The position numbers and the translations under genes were made by a program. A stretch of DNA of 64,000 nucleotides from Eledone cirrhosa. Its lineage: Eukaryota. Below, one piece after another: positions 11,756-23,225 of the stretch. The first letter of the stretch is position 1; every line of letters begins with the position of its first letter. Under the pieces are notes generated by a model. That model saw only the letters and a list, made by a program, of their open reading frames with translations, was not told where the DNA came from and did not search any database. The DNA lies in assembly GCA_964016885.1 (NCBI GenBank), contig OZ024740.1, positions 178,622,001 to 178,686,000 on the forward strand, written 5' to 3'.

Positions 11756-13861
11756 ATGGCTACCAAAAAGAAATTTCATACGTCACTCCCACTCATTCCG
11801 TCTTCTTCTTCCTCAATCATCACTACAGCAGAGAGAAGATTGTCTCTCTCCCTCCCTTCTTTAAATGTGTCTCTCTCCCTCCCTTCTCTTTCGCAAGCGA
11901 CGAAAGAAAAGAAAAGTCTCGTGCAAAGCGTGCAAGGTTTCTCCACGACGACGACGACAGCGACGAAACAGGTGTGCGGGAAATACGAAAACCCAGTTCA
12001 TTCGTCTGACGTCAGGAATAATAGCAGTAGCAGCCGTAATAACAACAGCAACAGTGACAATGAAAACAACAGTAGCAGCCGCAACAGCATCACCAGCAGC
12101 ATAAACAACAACAGCATAAACAACAACAGCATTAGCAGCAACACCAACAACAACCACAGCAACAGCGGCGGAGGCAGTAGTCGTAGTACCTGCAGCAACA
12201 AAAGTACCAGCAGCTCTGACGACAACAACAACAGCAGAGAAAAACCAATCTCATTTGCAGGTATTGCGAAAAACTTGGAAACAATCCTCATAACAAATGA
12301 GGAATTAGAGGAAGCGAAGAAGATGGTGACAAAGAACGGACACCGAGCAATCTGCAAGGCAGCGAAAAATTTTTTCGAAACCCAAGAGCACTGTACGGTC
12401 ACGTACCGTACTGTAAGTACAAAATCCCGTAGGGTGGAAAGAGCCACAGAGGCCCAAATACAAAAAGCCTTGGGGTCTGTGTGGCAGAGGAAAACGCACA
12501 TCACCCGAGGCAAAAAATACGCCACCGTAGACGTACTTTTTGCCACACCCCAGGAGGCAAAGGCCCAATCAGTAGTGACCCTAAGGAGCGAGGAAATGGT
12601 GTTGGTGCCCTCCTACTGCGGGCAAAAAATTGTGAGGGTCAAACTGACCCACGTCCCCCCCGGAATGACCCCTTCTTGGCTGGCCGCGTCTGTCCTCGTC
12701 GGAATCGAGGACAAAACAACTGTACTGCAAGTACAGAAAAAAGTAAGAGAAGATTGGGTCGGCTCCTCCATTGAGATGCTAATCCAAACCAACCAGGAGT
12801 GCATCGAAGCTATCCCGGATGTGATAGACTTCGATAACGGCACTCAACTGCCCATAAGTGTTGAGGGCAAACGCCCGAAATGCTTTCGCTGTGGATCGAA
12901 GACTCACCTCAGGGCCTTCTGCAACGAGAAGACCCTGAGAAAGGAGAAAACCCCCCTCCTTCCGAATCCGGCTCCACGGCTACCAGCAACAGGACAAGCG
13001 GCAACCAGGAACGATAGGTCCGTGGCACCCATACCCACTCCACGGAAATCAAAGACAGCAGCAGCAGTGGAAATATTAACAACAACAACAGCAATACCAA
13101 ATGCAGCTGCAACAGAGACTCCAGTGCAAACATCACCAACAACAACAAGTGAAAGAGTGGAGCTGGTACCCCTCCCCGACCTTACAGAATCAGACATGGA
13201 GTGTGAGGTGGGAGAGGGATGGCAAAAGGTCGCAAGAAGGCACAAACGCAGAAGCAGCGCATCGTCGCCTTTGAAAAGGGAGGAAAGAAATGAGAAAAGG
13301 GTAAAGTCTACTGCAAAGAGACCCACAGCAGCAACACCACCAACACCATCACCACCCACACCAGCACCACCATCACCACCGGCGACAACCCCACCGCCAA
13401 CAACACCTTCAACACCACCACCACAAGCACCAACATCGCAAACACAACAACAAAACACACACACCCAGCAACAACGACAAGAAAATAGCAGAACCACACC
13501 CCACCCCCAGAAAAACAAATGCACGGCAATAAACACACACAACAAGAAACTAATGACTTACATAATTGAACACACAGACATTTCACAACAGGACTACATA
13601 ATACCAGCACCAATCAAAACGCCAACTAACATAAGACTGCTAAAAATAGCACAGAAACAATACACAAACATTAAAACGAAATTCCCCAACGCAGTTGGTG
13701 ATTTCAGGGACCTAGGAGGAACCATTAATCGAAGAGTATATTCAGACATTCTCTTAGAAGAGCCGACGACCAGCCGAAGGGACGATTCAACGGTCCCTTC
13801 ACCAGACGATCAAGTGAAAAGGGATGTAAAAACCATCCCTCCTCTACCAAAAGTACGGTAA
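11756..13861 (+). CDS. ORF1 gag-like protein, copy 2
   Basis: As copy 1, with two extra Pro and one S>A change. Confidence 0.88.
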   Translation: MATKKKFHTSLPLIPSSSSSIITTAERRLSLSLPSLNVSLSLPSLSQATKEKKSLVQSVQGFSTTTTTATKQVCGKYENPVHSSDVRNNSSSSRNNNSNSDNENNSSSRNSITSSINNNSINNNSISSNTNNNHSNSGGGSSRSTCSNKSTSSSDDNNNSREKPISFAGIAKNLETILITNEELEEAKKMVTKNGHRAICKAAKNFFETQEHCTVTYRTVSTKSRRVERATEAQIQKALGSVWQRKTHITRGKKYATVDVLFATPQEAKAQSVVTLRSEEMVLVPSYCGQKIVRVKLTHVPPGMTPSWLAASVLVGIEDKTTVLQVQKKVREDWVGSSIEMLIQTNQECIEAIPDVIDFDNGTQLPISVEGKRPKCFRCGSKTHLRAFCNEKTLRKEKTPLLPNPAPRLPATGQAATRNDRSVAPIPTPRKSKTAAAVEILTTTTAIPNAAATETPVQTSPTTTSERVELVPLPDLTESDMECEVGEGWQKVARRHKRRSSASSPLKREERNEKRVKSTAKRPTAATPPTPSPPTPAPPSPPATTPPPTTPSTPPPQAPTSQTQQQNTHTQQQRQENSRTTPHPQKNKCTAINTHNKKLMTYIIEHTDISQQDYIIPAPIKTPTNIRLLKIAQKQYTNIKTKFPNAVGDFRDLGGTINRRVYSDILLEEPTTSRRDDSTVPSPDDQVKRDVKTIPPLPKVR

Positions 13862-13896
13862 GTGGTCTTTCCCATCTTTTCCACTCTATTTTAAAC

Positions 13897-16800
13897 ATGA
13901 CCTCACTCAGAATAGGCAGCATAAATGCGCGTGGCTTGGGGTCGTCATGGAAGCAGGGTCACCTGCTCAACGACCTCAGGTCACTAAACATAGATGTAGT
14001 GGCCATCAGCGAGACCAGAATCTCCGAAGCACGGGCCTTCGCACCGATCTTCGGCGGCTACGATGTGTACGCATCTCCCAGCCGTCCTGGATCCGGTGGA
14101 GGAGTTGCTGTACTTTTTCGGAGAGGTTTGGATCTCGCCATACGGGCCATCTTCCTGGACCCAGAGGGTAAGCTGGTGGTGCTGGACGTGACCAGCGGAG
14201 ACGGGCAAGCTTTCAGGCTAGTGGCCGTCTATGCCCCGACAGGAGCAGGGCGGCCTGATTTCTTCCGGCGTCTGGAGACCTTTCTTGGAACGTCCCGCTC
14301 TTTAGTGTTAGTGGGCGACTGGAACGGGATCTTAGATGCACGCTGGGACTGTGTGGGATTAGCGGATAGGGGTGGAGGGTGCAAGAGCCTCACCAACCTG
14401 CTCAGGCGTTTTGAACTGTCTGACAGGTACCGATTGGATTTCCCGAATGTGCCAATGTGGACTTGGACAAACCGCATAGGGTCATCCAGATCATATCTAG
14501 ATAGAGTATTTTGTAGGGAAATAGATAGGTCTAGCATAGGCTGTCCACAATTCAAGATAGTCAGCTACACGGACCACAAATTCGTGATCTGTGTGCTTGA
14601 CTTAGATAGGCTTCATAGACGAGGACCCGGCTACTGGAAGCTAAACGCGTCCTTACCAGCGCGCAAGGCCTACAGAGACCGGATTAGCGAACTAGTTAAG
14701 CGGGCGTTGACGGGGGCCATCGTCAACAACAAGTGGTGGTTTGCTCTGAAAAGAGCGATTAGAATAGAATCGATTAGGTTTAGTAAGGCTTTAGCAATAG
14801 AGAAAAATAGAGCAGAGGGAGAACTAGTTAGAAAATTAGACGAGGCGCTTAGCAAAGGCATTGCGACCGACGTGCTTGCGGCGAAATTGGCCCTTGACCA
14901 ATTCTTCAATGCAAAGCACGAAGGCTGCGTTGTCAGAGCTAGGGTGCGTGCTCTCAGACACGAGGGGACGAAAGCCGTTCAATGGGCCCGAGTGGCGGAG
15001 GCGCGTCGTGGCAACAAAGCCACGATCCGGTCTTTGGTGGACCACGACGGGCGCATGCTACTCGATCCCGGGCAAATGTGTGAAGCTTTTCAGCGACACT
15101 TCACTCAGCTGTTCGGGGGCAGCGGGGGGCCGGGTAGAGGGATGGACTTTAGTGTCTACCTCGACGGACTGCCGCGGCTCTCGGCCACTGAGGCGAAGTG
15201 TTGCGAAAAGCCGATAACAGCCGCTGAAGTACGGGAGGCAATGACTGGCTGCACAAGGGGTAAATCGCCTGGTTTGGATGGTCTGCCCTATGAACTTTAC
15301 GTACAGATGCCAGACTTGTTCGGAGGCCTCTTGGCGGACGTCTACTGCAACTGGCAACAGAACGGGAGAATTCCCAGTTCTGTGAGCCGAGGAGCGGTGG
15401 CACTGCTGAGAAAGGATCCGAACAAGGGGGATAACATAGACAATTTCCGGCCCATAACTCTGCTAAACACAGAGTTTAAGATTTTGGCCAAGGTGCTAGC
15501 AAAGAGGTTGGCGCTTGTCGTTGGTGGTCTGGTGGGAGAGGCGCAGACATGCGCCATTCCCGACAGATCCATCCACGACAACCTCCACCTCATGCGATAC
15601 ATCGTAGAGAGGGTAGCTAGGGAACCTGGCACGGGTGGGTCCTTGATCAATTTAGATCAGTCGAAAGCTTTCGATAGGGTCGACCATCGTTACCTAGCGG
15701 CAGTCCTGAGGGCGGCTGGCTTTGGGCCCGTCTTCAGAGGCTGGATCGCTGCCATGCACAGCGACATCTGCTCTGTGGTGAGAGTGAACGGTCACCTGTC
15801 GGAACCGTTCAACATCATGCGCTCGGTCCGCCAAGGATGTCCCCTCTCGTCCCTCTTGTACGTATTGACTCTCGAGCCATTACTGCACAAACTGGAGACG
15901 TTGAGGGGAGTCCCGCGCGAACTAGGATGCGGAAGATCCGTGTCAGCATATGCGGACGATGTCACCGTAGTGGTGTCGAACGCCAAACACATCGAGGCGA
16001 TCGGCACTACACTAAGAGAATACGAAGCGGTGACAGGAGCAATGATCAACCAGGAAAAGTCAGTGGGCCTGCAGCTCGGCACCTGGAGAGGCAGGTCCAT
16101 GCCGTCCAACAGCGTCGTCGGGCGCTGGACGGACGGACCGGTTAAATTGCTAGGGGTCTGGTTCGGTCCGGACCTCCAGACGGACAAAAACTGGGACGAG
16201 GTGACGAGCAGGGTGGCTTCTCTCACCCAGAAATGGGCGGAGAGGAAGCTATCCCTGAAAGGTCGAGCGGAGGTGGCTAACGCGTACATCGCGTCTGTCA
16301 TCTGCTACCGCCTAACCGTCGTACCTTGTCCTAAGCCTCGCCTGACTGCGCTGGAGCGTTTGCTCTTTCGCTTTTTGTGGAAGGGACGTGCTCCGATGGT
16401 CAGGCGGTCCATCTGTTGTCAACACCCGCTACGTGGAGGGCTGGGCATGCCGTGGCTGATGATGCGCAGGCACGCGCTCAGGCTACGACATCTCCACCTC
16501 TTCCTCGACGGTGATCAGGTGTGGTCGCCGTTTGCTAGACGCGTTTTTCCCCAGCTCGTTTCCTTGACGGAGCTGCAGTCCTGGGTCAAGCGAAGACCGA
16601 GAGGGAGCGCCTGGAGACTGGAATGTCTTCAGGCGCTCACAGCCCTCGACCAATCGGGCAATGTGATCGGTGGAAACTCCACCTCGGCGTTCTATAGAGG
16701 ATTAGTGGAGGGGAAGAGCGACGACGTACTTGGGGAAACTCTAGGCGTCGACGAAAATCAACTAGCCAATCTCTTCGGAAGAACTTTCGGGCCAGGGCCT

Positions 16801-17316
16801 ATGGACAACTTCCAGAAATCTCTGGCCTGGCAGTGCTACCGAGGAGCCTTGCCAGTTCGGGATAAACTCTACAGGCATGGAGGTGCCGTCAGCCGGGCAT
16901 GTCCGAGATGCGCGCAGGGCGACGAAACCGTCCTGCACGCACTCGTCCAGTGTCCGAAAATTGCTGACTTGTGGGTTTATGTCGAACACCTGCTGTCGCG
17001 TTTAGGACGGATCCGGCTATCATCTGAGTCCATCGTGAGGATTGCCCCGCCCTCCTCCTTTAGCCGGGAAGGGCAGGCAGTTTTTATCTGCCTGGTGGCC
17101 ATGGCGAAAGAGATAGTATGGTGGACACGTTTGAAAGGGCTGAAGACGAGCACTTACCTCTTCGGTGATGCTCTGATTGACTTTTTCAAATTTCATTTGA
17201 AAAGGAAAATCAGAGTAGAGAGGGAAGTGCTCTCTTCCCAGCATTTTGTTGAAAGATGGGTGAGAGAAGCAAGAATGGCCCGAGTGAATGGGCCTACTCT
17301 GAGTATATATCTGTAA
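13897..17316 (+). CDS. ORF2 APE-RT-ZnF, copy 2, 1139 aa
   Basis: As copy 1, with Q>R and K>R changes near the C-terminus. Confidence 0.95.
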   Translation: MTSLRIGSINARGLGSSWKQGHLLNDLRSLNIDVVAISETRISEARAFAPIFGGYDVYASPSRPGSGGGVAVLFRRGLDLAIRAIFLDPEGKLVVLDVTSGDGQAFRLVAVYAPTGAGRPDFFRRLETFLGTSRSLVLVGDWNGILDARWDCVGLADRGGGCKSLTNLLRRFELSDRYRLDFPNVPMWTWTNRIGSSRSYLDRVFCREIDRSSIGCPQFKIVSYTDHKFVICVLDLDRLHRRGPGYWKLNASLPARKAYRDRISELVKRALTGAIVNNKWWFALKRAIRIESIRFSKALAIEKNRAEGELVRKLDEALSKGIATDVLAAKLALDQFFNAKHEGCVVRARVRALRHEGTKAVQWARVAEARRGNKATIRSLVDHDGRMLLDPGQMCEAFQRHFTQLFGGSGGPGRGMDFSVYLDGLPRLSATEAKCCEKPITAAEVREAMTGCTRGKSPGLDGLPYELYVQMPDLFGGLLADVYCNWQQNGRIPSSVSRGAVALLRKDPNKGDNIDNFRPITLLNTEFKILAKVLAKRLALVVGGLVGEAQTCAIPDRSIHDNLHLMRYIVERVAREPGTGGSLINLDQSKAFDRVDHRYLAAVLRAAGFGPVFRGWIAAMHSDICSVVRVNGHLSEPFNIMRSVRQGCPLSSLLYVLTLEPLLHKLETLRGVPRELGCGRSVSAYADDVTVVVSNAKHIEAIGTTLREYEAVTGAMINQEKSVGLQLGTWRGRSMPSNSVVGRWTDGPVKLLGVWFGPDLQTDKNWDEVTSRVASLTQKWAERKLSLKGRAEVANAYIASVICYRLTVVPCPKPRLTALERLLFRFLWKGRAPMVRRSICCQHPLRGGLGMPWLMMRRHALRLRHLHLFLDGDQVWSPFARRVFPQLVSLTELQSWVKRRPRGSAWRLECLQALTALDQSGNVIGGNSTSAFYRGLVEGKSDDVLGETLGVDENQLANLFGRTFGPGPMDNFQKSLAWQCYRGALPVRDKLYRHGGAVSRACPRCAQGDETVLHALVQCPKIADLWVYVEHLLSRLGRIRLSSESIVRIAPPSSFSREGQAVFICLVAMAKEIVWWTRLKGLKTSTYLFGDALIDFFKFHLKRKIRVEREVLSSQHFVERWVREARMARVNGPTLSIYL

Positions 17317-17576
17317 ATTAAAGGTGGAAAACTGGGAGAGGGCACTTGCCTTGGTGGTCAGGGTCATTGTGGCTTTTTACTGGACTTTCTCCACAAATGT
17401 CCCTCCGAAGTCTCCCCCCTATTGGGGAATTTTTCATTGTTATTTTCATTGTTATTTTTGTTACATCCTCTATTTTTGTTTTTTTACACGCAGAAATGCC
17501 CATTTGTACCGTCCTGCATTGTCCTGCACTGTCCTTAATGTCTACTTTATGTAAACCCTTGTGGTTAATAAAGAAA

Positions 17577-17578
<2 letters not shown>

Positions 17579-17662
<84 letters not shown>
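17579..17662. repeat. (ATT)n tract
   Basis: Perfect run. Confidence 0.95.
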
Positions 17663-17665
<3 letters not shown>

Positions 17666-17819
17666 CAGTATCGGTAGAGCGTCAGACTCCAAGCATTGAA
17701 GCATAGAATTACGGCCCTTTATGATCTGAGTTCAAATGCTGCCGAGGTTAACTTTATCTTTCATCCTTACGGGGTCGATAAAATAAAGTACCAGTAATGC
17801 ACTGGTGTAATTGCTGGCC

Positions 17820-17822
<3 letters not shown>
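17663..17822 (+). mobile_element. tRNA-derived SINE family S1, truncated copy between (ATT)n tracts
   Basis: A-box-like TATCGGTAGAGCG, B-box-like GAGTTCAAAT, central TTTCATCCTTACGGGGTCGATAAAATAAAGTACCAG (resembles the MetaSINE-type domain). Three more copies in the window. Confidence 0.8.
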
Positions 17823-17884
<62 letters not shown>

Positions 17885-17885
<1 letters not shown>

Positions 17886-18117
17886 TCTCCCTGGGTGCCC
17901 TAGAAGCGCAGAGTGGTTCAGGATTGGTGGGGTACCCGAGTCACCCCAGGGGAATTTATTTTGTTATATTTATGCATAGTTTATTTTATATTTTTATATT
18001 TTAATTGTTAAATTAGTCTTGCCATTGTGCACTTTTACTCAACCTTATTGTAAACCCCCACTGTCCCTGTCTTTGTATTGTCCCCTACTTGTCGGCCCTT
18101 GTGGCTAATAAATGAAA

Positions 18118-18119
<2 letters not shown>
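17885..18119 (+). mobile_element. 3' UTR-only fragment of a Tx1 element related to family T3
   Basis: GTTCAGGATTGGTGGGGTAC and CCCTTGTGGCTAATAAATGAAATC match the reverse complement of 61666-61910. Flanked by (ATT)n. Confidence 0.8.
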
Positions 18120-18158
<39 letters not shown>

Positions 18159-18160
<2 letters not shown>

Positions 18161-18374
18161 AGGGCGGTGTATCAGTAGAGCGTCGGACAACATGCCTTAT
18201 GGCATTGAACTACGGCCCTTTGCGTTATGAGTTCAAATCCGGCTGTGGTTAACTTTGCCTTTCATCCTTACCGGGTCGATAAAATCAAGTACCAGTCAGG
18301 CACTGGGGTCGATTTAATCGACTTTCCCCTCCCCCCCAAAAAAAATTGCTGGCCTTGTGCCTATATAAGAAATC
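18159..18374 (+). mobile_element. SINE S1 copy
   Basis: AAAGGGCGGTG head, GAGTTCAAATCC, central domain, tail GGCCTTGTGCCTATATAAGAAATC + ATT. Confidence 0.82.
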
Positions 18375-18383
18375 ATTATCATT

Positions 18384-18599
18384 AAAGGGCGGTGTATTGT
18401 CTGTATCGGTAGAGCGTCGGACATGCATTATGGCATATAGTTACATCCCTTTACGCTCTGAGTTCAAATTCCGCCGAAGTTAGCTTTGACTTTCTTTCTT
18501 AAGGGTTCTATAAAATAAAGTACCAGTCACGCGCTGAGGTCGATTTTATCGACTTTCCTGTCCCGCAAAATTACTGGCTATGTGTCTAAACCAGAGACC
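18384..18599 (+). mobile_element. SINE S1 copy (tandem, more diverged)
   Basis: Homologous to 18159-18374; ends in ATTATT. Confidence 0.78.
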
Positions 18600-18989
18600 A
18601 TTATTATTTTAATAAGTATTATCACCATTAATGCTTATTGTTGCTACCAACGTTACTCAAATATATATTTATAATTATTTATTTATGGTTGTTTGAATTT
18701 TATTTCATTACTTACGTTATCTTTTAATCTGTTGACGGGCAATCAAATAAAGAATAAATAACCAAAATCAAAATATTCAATATTTTCTTCCATTCTTATT
18801 GATTGGAAGACAGATTTACCATGTTTTATTCGATATATTTCCATGATTATTACTACGAAAATACCAAAGACAAAAGATGGAAAAAATGGAAGATGAAGCG
18901 AAAGAGAAAATGTTGAATGAATAAAAACAATATTAATAGCATTCAATTATTTATTTTTATCGGCATTTGTATGTCTTGTATTATTAGTT

Positions 18990-19059
<70 letters not shown>

Positions 19060-19202
19060 ATTGTGCATTTCTTTACATGTATATGTATATATATATATAT
19101 ATTATTCAAAATATTAACAAATGAAAAATATTCTCATAATATCAAAATATATACTTTATTATACTTCATTGAGTAATCCACGAACCATACTAATCTTTGG
19201 TC

Positions 19203-19233
<31 letters not shown>

Positions 19234-19291
19234 TTTATATGGATATTTATCTTTGTATGTGTAAGTCTGTTTGTCTGTGTGGGTGAGTGTG

Positions 19292-19339
<48 letters not shown>

Positions 19340-20074
19340 CGTTTATCATGTATTTCTTAGCTACTATTTTTGTTTGTCTATTGACAATTATTATTCCTTT
19401 TTCCATCATATATTTTCTTGTAATATCGCTTATAATTGTGGTTGTCTGCTACCAATGAAAACTATATTGACTAATCAAAGCTATTATATCATCTAAATTG
19501 GGACCATAAATCGAAGCGGACAGTAAAGACAGTAAAAGTTTTCATTCTTGCAATTTCTATCCGTCTCTCTATTTCAGTTCCTTAAAATTTAACCACATTT
19601 GTTTGCCTATCTATCAGTTATTTCTGTTCCAGACTCTGCACTAATCTTTTCATATTCCTTATTGTACTTATACATACAAAACTTAGTTAACATAAGGCAA
19701 ATAGAAATAAGAAATAAACACGAAACAGCTAAAGGCACAGACTCATACAGAGTAAGGTGGGTCAGAGAATCATACACAAAGGCAGGTTTATACAGTGTAT
19801 AAATAATAGAAGACATAAATATTTGGTGGATTCTCCGCTGGTGTTGATTATAGGTATTCATGCGTATGATAAACAGATTTGTTACTACATAAGTAAAAGG
19901 AAATATCTGAAGTTTTTCATGTCTGCTATTCGTCCATTATATCACCTTGATCTCCTTGACGGACCAATCTGTCGGGCGACATTCGGCGCCACTGGTCACA
20001 GCGCGTGCTGTTTTAGCCATACGATGACGCCATCCCACTGGCTGGGTGGGCAGGCCGTAAATCTCAAGTCTGTC

Positions 20075-20348
20075 TTAAGCCAGAAGGCTCATTTGGCCGG
20101 TGCTTATCCCGGCTTCATGGCGTGAGGCAACTGGGAGCACAAGACTCCCACCTGGACAGGACGCCAGTCCATCGCAGGTTTAAACCTCCAGCTATATCTG
20201 GTACTCATTTTCAGCTGAGTAAACTGGAGCAACGTGAAATAAAGTGTCTTGCTCAAGGAAACAACACATCACCGGGTCCGAGAATTGAACGCAGAACCTT
20301 TCGATTGCAAGCCTACTGCTCTAACCACTAAGACCTGCGCCTTCACAC
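20075..20348 (-). mobile_element. tRNA-derived SINE family S2 with CORE-like central region
   Basis: Minus strand reads GGCGCA..TTAGTGGTTAGAGC (A box), CGTTCAATTC (B box), CCTTGAGCAAGACACTTTATTTCAC and GCGATGGACTGGCGTCCTGTCCAGG. Related copies at 27376 and 41700. Confidence 0.78.
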
Positions 20349-20356
20349 TCGTCCAT

Positions 20357-21192
<836 letters not shown>

Positions 21193-21370
21193 ATAAATAC
21201 AATATCGGAGAAAGCTTTTTAGCGATACTCCGGCCAAATTTCAACTCACTCAACAAACAGTAGGTAATAAGTGATTATATTCTTAATTATGCGTTCGGAG
21301 TGCTAACTAAAAGTATTGCGTGGAAAATTGGCTGTATTATTTCATAGGAGACATATCGAATATATCTCTT

Positions 21371-21497
21371 CCCAGACGGACGTCTCGTTTCATTATAGGA
21401 TTCCTACAATTTGGGTGAAATTATACCAATTTATGTAGGAGCTTGTATACCATCAATAGATATATATTCAAGTGGGCTCCTATAATTCATCAGTGGG
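21371..21497 (-). ncRNA. Type I hammerhead motif with long stem II
   Basis: Minus strand: ccca CTGATGA attatagga...tcctataat GAA ACG agacgtc CGT C tggg. Confidence 0.75.
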
Positions 21498-21676
21498 TGC
21501 CCCAATAATACTAATATTGATACTCTAACCAACATCAGTATTTAGCGATAATCATCATCAGTGCCTGTATATATGTATATATATATACATATATATATAT
21601 ATATACATATATAATGGACGAGTGTGAAGGCGCATGGCTTAGTGGTTAGAGCAGTAGGCTTGCAATCGAAAGGTAT

Positions 21677-21719
21677 ACGTTACTGACGATAGCTAAAAAG
21701 CTTGAAACTAGTACAGCGT
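21677..21719 (+). ncRNA. Minimal type I hammerhead motif
   Basis: acgtta CTGACGA t-agc-taaaaa-gct-t GAA ACTAGT A cagcgt; palindromic stem III. Confidence 0.7.
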
Positions 21720-22099
21720 TCCTTTGTCAGTGCTGAACAAACGAACAACGATGGTTGCTAGACACTACGGCTTAATACGGGATGTTTGTTTACAAACACA
21801 CCGAGCATTATAATAAATGTTCGGTGAATCCATACGTACATATATATATGTGTGGTATGTATGTATATATATATACATACTACTGTACGTCTGTATACAT
21901 ATATGTATGTACGTGTACATACTTATATTTAAGTAACAGCCGTACTAAGCGTGAGAAATGAAATTTCGTTTCATTTTTTCCGTTTATCGTTTTCGGTGCA
22001 CCCGGCCGTTTAACCCACTCGATATGCAAATTGGGCTACTCAGCCGTTAATATTCATAAGGTAAGTATATATACGTTCAGCAATCTGACAGGAAGGTAT

Positions 22100-22142
22100 A
22101 CGTTGCTGACGATAGCTAATAAGCTTGAAACTTGTACAGGGT
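22100..22142 (+). ncRNA. Minimal type I hammerhead motif, second copy
   Basis: acgttg CTGACGA tagctaataagctt GAAAC tt GTA cagggt. Confidence 0.68.
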
Positions 22143-22397
22143 TCCTTTGTCAGTGTTGAACAAACGAGCAACGATGGTTGCTAGACACTACGGCTTAATA
22201 CGGGATGTTTGTTTACAAACACACCGAGCATTATAATAAATGTTCGGTGAATCCATACGTACATATATATATGTGTGCATGTATGTATATATACATACTA
22301 CTGTACGTCTGTATACATATATGTATGTACGTGTACATACTTATATTTAAATAACAGCCGTGGTAAATGAAATTTCGTTTCATTTTTCCGTTTATAC

Positions 22398-22429
<32 letters not shown>

Positions 22430-22634
22430 TAGTAAAGGGAAAAGAAAATGCTGATAAAATTTTCCCGGTAAAAAATAGTTTAATTACGAATAAGTATAAA
22501 TTAGTAAGTATTTGTTAGTATTCAGTTTTAGTTTTAAGTTTTTACCGGTTGCGCATTTCTAATGCTTTTCAAAAATAATTTTGAGACAGAGCGCTCGTGA
22601 TGTTAGCTCTAATATATATATATACTTGTATATA

Positions 22635-23026
22635 ATGGTAGATATGGTGCTTCCATAGGCGGTATGCTAAAATTAGCACTCAATATTCATACAGAGTAGA
22701 GTGTGGATAGTATAAAAACGAAAAATCAGTGTTGCATCTGGACTCAGTTTATTACGTGTTACAATGGTTTCGCCAGCAGGTAGCTCGAGACATTATCACT
22801 GCATGGATATGGCTGATTCTACGGCTGCAGAGGTGTTTTTTTTACGATAACACCCCAGTGAGAAAATTTACTCCGAACGAACTACCTGTGTACGAAGGAA
22901 CCTGCAGCCGTAGAATCAGCCAGATCCATGCAGTGATCATGTCTCGGGCTACCTGCCGGCGAAACAATTGTAACACGCAATAAACTGAGTTCCAGATGCA
23001 TCACTGATTTTTCGTTTTTATACTAT
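22635..23026. mobile_element. Fold-back Penelope-like remnant in (TA)n with a degenerate long-stem-II hammerhead
   Basis: Inverted arms about 22707-22830 / 22902-23026; tgtgt..GAAACAATTGTA acacg then AATAAA. Confidence 0.62.
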
Positions 23027-23146
23027 ATATATATATATATATTTATTAAAATAACAGATTAAAGTTTAAACCAAGAATCGCTGCTTAATATATATATATA
23101 TATATATAATATATAAGATCAAAAGATGGTTAAAAGAGTTCCATGT

Positions 23147-23215
23147 ATTTTATTATGCGCATTTCAAAAACAAATATCATCATGCAATAACATTTGCATT
23201 TTCGTCAGATAAAAT
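23147..23215 (-). ncRNA. Type I hammerhead motif in a short TA-flanked insert
   Basis: Minus strand: attttat CTGACGA ... GAA ATGCGCAT A ataaaat; 7-bp stem I and palindromic stem III. Confidence 0.62.
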
Positions 23216-23225
23216 ATATATATAT

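Larger units (their letters stand above)
11543..17578 (+). mobile_element. Full-length Tx1/L1-clade element family T1, copy 2
   Basis: Near-identical to 5473-11503, with a 6-bp in-frame insertion in ORF1 and scattered substitutions. Confidence 0.93.
21670..22395 (+). repeat. Tandem repeat (period 423 bp, about 1.7 units), each unit with a minimal hammerhead (retrozyme or Penelope pLTR-like)
   Basis: 21670-21990 is repeated at 22093-22395. Confidence 0.8.

Noticed and set aside
5473-17578. Tandem 6 kb copies as a pure assembly artefact or LTR structure
   Set aside because: The copies differ by substitutions and indels and have different tract lengths. There are no LTRs, PBS or integrase. Long reads are still needed for certainty.
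18159-18245. tRNA genes at the SINE heads (also 20280-20345 and 27380-27455)
   Set aside because: No complete cloverleaf; the heads continue into SINE bodies.
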